From Minisyncoccota bacterium (lineage in GTDB: Bacteria; Patescibacteriota; Minisyncoccia; Phycocordibacterales; PALSA-1337), in assembly GCA_018060945.1 (NCBI GenBank), contig JAGOVB010000001.1, positions 5,238 to 69,237 of the forward strand: a stretch of 64,000 bases of DNA, given 5' to 3'. Shown here in pieces: positions 58,047 through 64,000 of this stretch (the stretch's first letter is position 1; each line of letters starts with the position of its first letter). The translations under genes and the position numbers were made by a program. The notes under the pieces were generated by a model. That model saw only the letters and a program-made list of their open reading frames with translations, was not told where the DNA came from and did not search any database.

Positions 58047-59108
58047 ATGGCGATCCAGACTAAACCAATTCTATATAATGGCTTTGAGGTCAAAGACGGC
58101 GTAAAAATTAAAAGCCGTATTGATAAAGCTTTTTTCACTGAAATATACGAACTCTCCAATGATTCGTTTTTTTACCTATTCTTGAATCTTAATCCAAATG
58201 AGGTGATTGATAGGCGAGGGAAATATGAACTCATTCGAGTAACTGTGGCAGCGAAGGAATGGATCGGTGTAATGGTAAAAAATCACTCAAATCAACATCT
58301 ATCGCTGGTAATTGAGGAACTCACTACGCTCAGAGGGTTTGATAACATTGCTGGAATGAAGGAACTCAAACAGACCCTTATTGCTGAAGTCATTAACCCC
58401 CTAAGAGACCCTGAAAAGTTCAAAAAGTTTAAAGTCTCAATTCCCAACGGAATTCTTTTGTATGGTCCCCCTGGATGCGGAAAAACTTTCATTGTCCGAA
58501 AGCTTTCAGAAGAACTTGGATATAACTTCTTTGAGGTTAAGCATTCTGATCTAGCAACTCCTTTCATTCATGGTTCAGTAGGAAATATTGGAAAAGTTTT
58601 TGAAATGGCCAAGATGAATGCCCCTGCGATTGTATTTTTCGATGAAATTAGTGGTCTGGTCCCAGATCGTCAAAATCTCCACGATTCTTCTTCACATAAA
58701 GAGGAAGAAATAAATGAATTCCTTATTCAGCTAAACGATGCTGCTGATAACAATATTTTGGTTGTGGGTGCTACTAACTATATAAACAGAATCGATCAAG
58801 CAATTCTTAGACCTGGACGTATGGATAAAAAAATTCATGTCCCCCCACCAGACAAGGAAGCAAGGCATGAATTATTTAAACTTGGTCTCTCCGGCCGACC
58901 ACATGACAAAGACATTGACTTCGATAAGCTAACAGAGCTTACAGATGGGTATAGCGCTGCAGATATTATAGAGGGTATTGTTGAAGGATCAGCCAGACTT
59001 GCTGCCAATTTAGATAAGCAATCTATTGATCAGGAGTTACTAGAGCAGGAAATTAAAAAGGTAAAGCCAGTTGAGGAAGAACGACCAAAAATCGGCTTTT
59101 CAATTTAA
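58047..59108 (+). CDS. AAA+ ATPase (classic clade)
   Basis: Walker A GPPGCGKT, Walker B IVFFDEI, second region of homology ILVVGATNYINRIDQAILRPGRMDKKIHV. A roughly 130 aa N-terminal domain of unknown function. Start taken at the ATG at 58047, just after the upstream stop. Confidence 0.8.
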   Translation: MAIQTKPILYNGFEVKDGVKIKSRIDKAFFTEIYELSNDSFFYLFLNLNPNEVIDRRGKYELIRVTVAAKEWIGVMVKNHSNQHLSLVIEELTTLRGFDNIAGMKELKQTLIAEVINPLRDPEKFKKFKVSIPNGILLYGPPGCGKTFIVRKLSEELGYNFFEVKHSDLATPFIHGSVGNIGKVFEMAKMNAPAIVFFDEISGLVPDRQNLHDSSSHKEEEINEFLIQLNDAADNNILVVGATNYINRIDQAILRPGRMDKKIHVPPPDKEARHELFKLGLSGRPHDKDIDFDKLTELTDGYSAADIIEGIVEGSARLAANLDKQSIDQELLEQEIKKVKPVEEERPKIGFSI

Positions 59109-59110
59109 AT

Positions 59111-59431
59111 ATGATTACTCCTGAACAAAAAAACTACAGAATAATTTTCTCCAAGATAGCAGGTGTACTGCTGTTAATTGCCATGATTCCAATTTGGCCT
59201 TATTTCTTCTATCAATTCCTTAAATTGGTCGTGTTCGGTGCTGCGATTCATTCTGTATACCTATACCACAAGGAAAAGAATACAAAGTGGGTAGTAATCA
59301 TGGTCATAATTGCCATAATATTTAATCCTATTAATCCTCTCTATTTCGGCCATTTCCTTTGGTCGATAGTAGATTTTATAGTTGCAGCGATATTCTTTAA
59401 TTCCGCAAAGAAGCACGCTGTTCATAGTTAA
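59111..59431 (+). CDS. Small polytopic membrane protein
   Basis: 106 aa with three predicted TM helices. Confidence 0.3.
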   Translation: MITPEQKNYRIIFSKIAGVLLLIAMIPIWPYFFYQFLKLVVFGAAIHSVYLYHKEKNTKWVVIMVIIAIIFNPINPLYFGHFLWSIVDFIVAAIFFNSAKKHAVHS

Positions 59432-59447
59432 TATAAACAAATTCCAC

Positions 59448-60314
59448 ATGAAATATTTTGAATGGCTGAAGACGAATAAACATATCCGAAGAATATTTCT
59501 ATCGGGAGTAATAGCTATTTCTTTTGTCGTTTTAAGTTTTATTAGTCTAGCACTCTATGAAGCCGTAATTTATGGCGATACGGATTCCGAGGGAGAAATG
59601 ATTGCTGGAAATGATTTGTCATGCAATGTGCTAGGTATAAATCTTCATGGAGACCTTTATACCTATATTCCAGAAAGTAACGACGATGAGCTTCTAAGCG
59701 ATAAAGATGTCGTGGCAAGCGAAGAAATCATGAACCTTATTGATGAAGCAGAAGCAGATGAAGAAATTAGGGCAATCATCGTAGAGGTAGATTCAGCTGG
59801 AGGATACCCTGTAGCAGGTGAAGAAATCGCCGCAGCAATAAAAGCTGCGACAAAGCCTGTTATTGCTTTCATTCGACAAAGCGGAACTTCAGCATCATAT
59901 TGGGCAATTACTACAGCAGATCATATATTTGCATCTAAAAACTCAGATGTCGGAAGCATTGGAGTGACCATATCTTATGTAGACAATGTCTCAAAAAATG
60001 AAAAGGAAGGTCTTGCGTATGTTCAATTAAGCTCAGGTAAGTACAAAGATGCTGGTAGTCCGGATAAGCCACTCACTGAAGAAGAAAAGGGGCTAATCGT
60101 GAGAGATTTGAAAATCATTCATGAAAACTTTATCAAGGAGGTTTCAGCTAATAGGAATATTCCAATAGAAAAGGTTAGAGCCGTTGCCGATGGATCATCA
60201 GTACTTGGCGAAAGAGCAAAGGAGCTTGGCTTGATTGACTCAATCGGTGGGTACCCAGAAGTCAAAAAGTACGTAGAGGAAAAAATAGGTGAAAAAGTAG
60301 ATGTTTGCTGGTAA
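59448..60314 (+). CDS. Signal peptide peptidase SppA-like (S49 family, ClpP/crotonase fold)
   Basis: N-terminal TM. IRAIIVEVDSAGGYPVAGEEIAAAIKAATKPVIAFIRQSGTSASYWAITTADHIF...GSIGV matches the 36K-type SppA core. Confidence 0.6.
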   Translation: MKYFEWLKTNKHIRRIFLSGVIAISFVVLSFISLALYEAVIYGDTDSEGEMIAGNDLSCNVLGINLHGDLYTYIPESNDDELLSDKDVVASEEIMNLIDEAEADEEIRAIIVEVDSAGGYPVAGEEIAAAIKAATKPVIAFIRQSGTSASYWAITTADHIFASKNSDVGSIGVTISYVDNVSKNEKEGLAYVQLSSGKYKDAGSPDKPLTEEEKGLIVRDLKIIHENFIKEVSANRNIPIEKVRAVADGSSVLGERAKELGLIDSIGGYPEVKKYVEEKIGEKVDVCW

Positions 60315-60322
60315 TCAAAATC

Positions 60323-61228
60323 ATGGAAGAAAAAGTAAAACTATATCGCATACAAGCGGAAAAATTACGTTCCTATCCTGAGTTTTTAAAGAATTTTAAT
60401 GCAACTTTAAACTGGGAAGAAGGGAAGGGGTTGTCACTAACTCATACTGGCTTTGATGATAAAACCATTACCGCTGTATTTATGGCAGCAAGGCCTTTTT
60501 TGATGGACGAAAGGATTAATTTCGAGCAACTGTGTCAGGATGTTATCGCCTCAGAACAGAATGATGTAATTAAAAAGGATGCTATTGACGCTCTCGAAGC
60601 CTGGAATAAACTCATGCATCCGGATAAAGAGAGTCCCTTGATGCAAGTAAACGAAAAGGGGATTACCTATCTACAAAACTTTAGATATTGGATGAATGAA
60701 GAACATTTCCATCCCGAAGAATATAAAATTGATGGGTCCCGAGGACTTTCATCTATCAAGCAATCAGAAGCACTCGAATGGTTTTCAAAGCCATTTATGG
60801 TCGACTTTTTACAGAAGATCGTTCAACTTATCCTATGGCTCGATATTCGAGTCGTCTCAAATATTCACCAAGAACCTATAAAGATAATAAAAAAGTATCG
60901 CAATCCTACAAAAGAAGCTGCAGATTTAAAAGAAGCTCTGGAAAAGAAAGGGGTGCGAGTTCTGGTTGAGTTACACGATGGGCATAAACATATAGACCTA
61001 GCAATTCCTAAGGCGAGGATAAATGTGGAGGTAGATGGGATTCAACACCTCACTAACCCAGAACAGATTGTAGCTGATCTTAGTAGGGGATTTTACTCAC
61101 ATAAAAATGGCTTTGACACTATGCACATTCCGAATGAGATGATTCGCTTACACCTCAAGGAAATTTCAGCTGCTTTGGCTGAAGCGTCTAAAATAAGAGA
61201 GCGTAAAATACATCTTCATTTAGAATAA
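60323..61228 (+). CDS. Protein with C-terminal DUF559-like (PD-(D/E)xK) domain
   Basis: C-terminus RVLVELHDGHKHIDLAIPKARINVEVDGIQH follows the DUF559 / Vsr-like pattern (D-x10-EVDG-x2-H). The N-terminal 200 aa are unknown. Confidence 0.45.
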   Translation: MEEKVKLYRIQAEKLRSYPEFLKNFNATLNWEEGKGLSLTHTGFDDKTITAVFMAARPFLMDERINFEQLCQDVIASEQNDVIKKDAIDALEAWNKLMHPDKESPLMQVNEKGITYLQNFRYWMNEEHFHPEEYKIDGSRGLSSIKQSEALEWFSKPFMVDFLQKIVQLILWLDIRVVSNIHQEPIKIIKKYRNPTKEAADLKEALEKKGVRVLVELHDGHKHIDLAIPKARINVEVDGIQHLTNPEQIVADLSRGFYSHKNGFDTMHIPNEMIRLHLKEISAALAEASKIRERKIHLHLE

Positions 61229-61229
61229 T

Positions 61230-61451
61230 ATGGAAACAAAAGAGCCAAATACATACATATACGTTTTCAAATGTCAGGTCCAAGAGTGCCGGCTAGAGTT
61301 TGCTATATTCTCCTGGCATAAGGACTGGCGAGAGAAGTTCAACCCTTTTTGTCCTGAATGTGGGAAACAGGAAGCAGCTTTTTTACGAGTTGCAACCTCA
61401 GACAAGCCAGTTTGCGTAATCGTATATAGTGACAAATTAGGCAATGAATAA
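61230..61451 (+). CDS. Small zinc-ribbon protein
   Basis: 73 aa with CQVQEC...CPEC Cys pairs. Confidence 0.35.
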   Translation: METKEPNTYIYVFKCQVQECRLEFAIFSWHKDWREKFNPFCPECGKQEAAFLRVATSDKPVCVIVYSDKLGNE

Positions 61452-61989
61452 AATCTCCATCAATCCTTCTGATATTAGCAAGCTAGCCGATGCGGTGGTC
61501 GAAGCAACCACAAGATCATTTACTTTTTTCTTTAAAGATGCAGAGGAAATCTTTGATCTTAAGAGAATCAGTGTTGTTGAACTACAAATCTTCCAGGTTT
61601 TTCATGGGACTGCAATCTTAAAGAGTCACATGAGGCAAGACGGCGCATCAGAACAGGATCAAGCTGCTCTAGTTGATGAGGTTATAAGCAAATTCTCTGA
61701 TAATGTAGCTCGAATGTTGCATAGGAGAAACCCTACACCCGATGGTCCTGATTTTGAATATTGGAAACCTGAATTAAGAGAGCGATTCGAATATTATCAA
61801 GCCTTTTTAGATCCAGATCCCAGTGATGCCACAATCCTACTGGATGTTGGATATAAAAAGATATTTAAACCTGGTCTATCTAACATGTTTGCAAGGCCAG
61901 CACTTGATTCAAAATTCGGTAAAGTTTTTATGAGTGCAATGTATATTGTTACGGTTTACGTAGAAGACAAATATAAAGAATTGGTGTAG
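61444..61989 (+). CDS. Hypothetical protein
   Basis: 181 aa ORF, last gene of the plus-strand block before the tRNA. Confidence 0.35.
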   Translation: MNKISINPSDISKLADAVVEATTRSFTFFFKDAEEIFDLKRISVVELQIFQVFHGTAILKSHMRQDGASEQDQAALVDEVISKFSDNVARMLHRRNPTPDGPDFEYWKPELRERFEYYQAFLDPDPSDATILLDVGYKKIFKPGLSNMFARPALDSKFGKVFMSAMYIVTVYVEDKYKELV

Positions 61990-62078
61990 GATATTAGCAA
62001 TAAGATGAAAAACTTTCGAAGAAGAGCATAAGCCGCAGAGAACGCACCTAAACGTGTGTCTTTTGCGGTTTTTTGCTT

Positions 62079-62150
62079 GCCTCCGTAAGTTAATGGATAG
62101 ACTCACTCGATTCTAACGAGGAAGTAGGGGTTCGATTCCTCTCGGGGGCA
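62079..62150 (+). tRNA. tRNA-Arg (anticodon TCT)
   Basis: Acceptor GCCTCCG/CGGGGGC, D-stem AGTT/GACT, anticodon stem CTCG/CGAG with loop ATTCTAA, T-arm AGGGG-TTCGATT-CCTCT, discriminator A. Confidence 0.75.
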
Positions 62151-62296
62151 CAAAGCTCTCAAAATTGATATAATAGCATTATGAGTGGTGAGAGTTGGTA
62201 TTCTTCGGCTCACGCTGAGGACACCGCTGTTTAATAAGTCCGACTCGTTCGGTTAAAAGCAGTGGTGGCTTACGGGTCTACCAAGAGTGCTACTCA

Positions 62297-62330
62297 ACAA
62301 AAAACTCCTATCTCTAGGAGTTTTTTGTTT
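62297..62330. terminator. Bidirectional intrinsic terminator
   Basis: A-run, then CTCCTA-TCTC-TAGGAG stem-loop, then TTTTTTGTTTT. It abuts the stop of the minus-strand gene 62330..62767. Confidence 0.7.
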
Positions 62331-62767
62331 TATATAAAATCAATTTGAGAAACTTCGTCTTTAAAACTTTCTATTTCTTTAAGAACTTTATTATGGATAC
62401 CTACTGCCTTATCGTAATTTTCTTTATTAATCGAATCGGGGTTAGCCAAGGACTCTTTCACTGAATTTATAATTTCAAGTTCCTCGGGACTGACAAAAGT
62501 TGCCAGAGAGACATAGGAATTTGCAAGAACCATGATCTGGTCCTTAATCTTTTTCTTTATTTCCTCTTTTGAGCCTGACAGTGTAGAGGAATCATTAAGC
62601 GATACAGCAAAAGGCACGTGCCCAAATAGGAGTGCTTTGTTGGTATTAAATTTTGGGGGTTCGTAAATTGGATTCTTCATAGGGTTCATATGATACACAA
62701 AAAGCCCACCACATGAGTAGAGGCCGAAGCCCCTCATACCAGTTTCCCGGTATGGCCTGACGGACAC
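62330..62767 (-). CDS. Hypothetical protein (minus strand)
   Basis: 145 aa ORF ending at the bidirectional terminator. No motif recognised. Confidence 0.35.
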   Translation of the reverse strand: MSVRPYRETGMRGFGLYSCGGLFVYHMNPMKNPIYEPPKFNTNKALLFGHVPFAVSLNDSSTLSGSKEEIKKKIKDQIMVLANSYVSLATFVSPEELEIINSVKESLANPDSINKENYDKAVGIHNKVLKEIESFKDEVSQIDFI

Positions 62768-63344
62768 CCCATATGATGGGTTCTTTGTGTCCGTCAGGAC
62801 TTTTTCGCCATGCCAGTGATGTCACTAGTTTAGGCTACTTTATATTCAGTTGTGAGTGCATTATACCAAAAACTTTTACTCATTTGAAGGCCTCATCTTT
62901 TTGTTTCGTAATTTGAAAATACTAGGCCACATATATTAAAAATGTCTGGTATGCAAGAAATAAAATGTGCATAAATCTGTGTATTAATTGTGGATGAAAA
63001 TGGAGTTAAAATTCATTGACGATCAAAACCAGCGGCGCTAGTATTGGCATTAAGAAGCCACCCAAAAAGCTTCGAATTAAATTAATAGTCTAATAAGCCT
63101 TGGTGTTCCTACGGGAACCTGCCTCTCGAAAAGGCATATATTAACCCAAGTGTTGACGATTTACCGATAATATAACTCTGTCCTTCAAGGCCTAGCATTG
63201 CCTGCGACGTTGTTATAGTATCAGTTTTAAGCTTTTCCCTTTGATTAGCATCGAGGGTTTCCCAGCTAGTAATAGGTGGGTGGAAAAAGCGTCGCACAAA
63301 CCCAGGGTTAATATACTGGGTTTTGTGTTATCTAAGGAAAATGT

Positions 63345-64000
63345 ATGTTCACAAGATTTGAGGATAAATACGAGGATTACTTGCTGCACCTCGAAAAAGA
63401 AGGCAGAAAGGCGAAAACGATAGCTGAGCACAGGAAGTTTCTCTATGAGTATTTCCCGGAAAGTCTCAGGAGAAAGTGGTTGTCGAATGTGAGTCGTGCG
63501 GACATAGACATTCTAAAGGAAGTCGGCCGAACGCATGGCGAGCATGGAGCCACAAGGATGGTTGTCACGTTACGAAGGTACTTTGACTTTATGCAGTCCC
63601 ATCTCGGTATGAAAATGCCGTTTGATTGGAGAGACGTAAGGGTCCCAGTAGTAAGGCAGAAGGAACAGCCGGTATTCGAGGATCATGAACTAGCCACCTT
63701 GTTCCATGTCATGGAAACAATGGAAGCAGGGAGTGTTCACGGTCGAAGGATGGCATGGACGATGCAGGCATTCTTCGAGACACTATTCGGTACAGGGCTG
63801 CGTATTCACGAGGCATTGAGATTAAATAGAATTGATCTCAACAGCATCAAAGAAAGCGGAAGGTTGATGGTTCTTAGAAAAGGAGGGAAGACTTGCGAGG
63901 TCTCGTTCTCAGAACGAGCGATTAAAAAGCTCGAGGAATATTACGGAAGACGCAATGATACTAATGATGCGATGTTCGTAAATTCATGTGGTGAACGTCT
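63345..64000 (+). CDS. Tyrosine recombinase / phage integrase (5' partial, continues beyond window)
   Basis: AAGGAAA SD 7 nt upstream of the ATG. N-terminal SAM-like core-binding domain, then the start of the catalytic domain with box-I Arg (TGLRIHEALRL). No stop before the window end. Confidence 0.8.
   Translation, partial: MFTRFEDKYEDYLLHLEKEGRKAKTIAEHRKFLYEYFPESLRRKWLSNVSRADIDILKEVGRTHGEHGATRMVVTLRRYFDFMQSHLGMKMPFDWRDVRVPVVRQKEQPVFEDHELATLFHVMETMEAGSVHGRRMAWTMQAFFETLFGTGLRIHEALRLNRIDLNSIKESGRLMVLRKGGKTCEVSFSERAIKKLEEYYGRRNDTNDAMFVNSCGER

Larger units (their letters stand above)
28163..61989. mobile_element. Prophage-like element (structural/lysis core about 28.2-49.2 kb plus accessory modules 49.2-62.0 kb)
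   Basis: Continuous plus-strand block: RepA_N-like initiator, C5-MTase, large terminase, portal, scaffold, capsid, tail/virion proteins, LysM protein, Gly-rich TMP-like protein, holin, amidase. Then an R-M cassette and a chaperone/AAA/protease operon. It starts right after the rpsI terminator and ends near the tRNA-Arg. A tyrosine integrase lies at 63345. Exact att boundaries not identified. Confidence 0.6.

Noticed and set aside
60305-60322. TTG-initiated N-terminal extension (MLVIKI) of the DUF559-like gene overlapping the SppA stop.
   Set aside because: The first ATG at 60323 gives a cleaner start just after the upstream stop. The extension was not adopted.

Overview
This 64 kb window is almost entirely plus-strand coding and splits into two parts. 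Positions 1 to about 27.9 kb hold bacterial housekeeping genes. They include a tRNA-Ala, a Nudix hydrolase, a MacB-like ABC transporter pair, zwf, ychF, an EVE-domain protein, a leuS carrying an embedded Nudix domain, mltG, mnmA, an ATP-cone/Mrr-like nuclease, an M32-like carboxypeptidase, a short-form alaS, and the infA-rpmJ-rpsM-rpsK-rpsD-rpoA-rplQ-rplM-rpsI ribosomal/RNA polymerase block. The short alaS, compact genes and strand bias suggest a reduced-genome bacterium, possibly Patescibacteria/CPR-like; this is inference only. A prophage-like element begins immediately after the rpsI terminator at about 28.16 kb. It encodes a RepA_N-like wHTH initiator, an orphan C5-MTase, a large terminase, a putative portal, scaffold and capsid, tail and virion proteins, a LysM protein, a Gly-rich tape-measure-like protein and a holin/amidase lysis cassette. 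After the lysis cassette come two accessory modules. The first (49.2-52.8 kb) is a restriction-modification cassette of two C5-cytosine methyltransferases flanking a PD-(D/E)xK nuclease. The second (52.9-62.0 kb) is the most unusual feature: an operon encoding a membrane-anchored GrpE-like protein, a full-length but divergent Hsp70 homologue, a membrane-anchored J-like protein lacking the HPD motif, a classic-clade AAA+ ATPase, an SppA (S49) peptidase and a DUF559-like nuclease-fold protein. A tRNA-Arg(TCT), a bidirectional terminator and the 5' part of a tyrosine integrase gene close the window, so the prophage or a second element continues beyond 64 kb. A 25-nt hairpin motif occurs three times exactly, and once as a variant, just after structural-gene stop codons.
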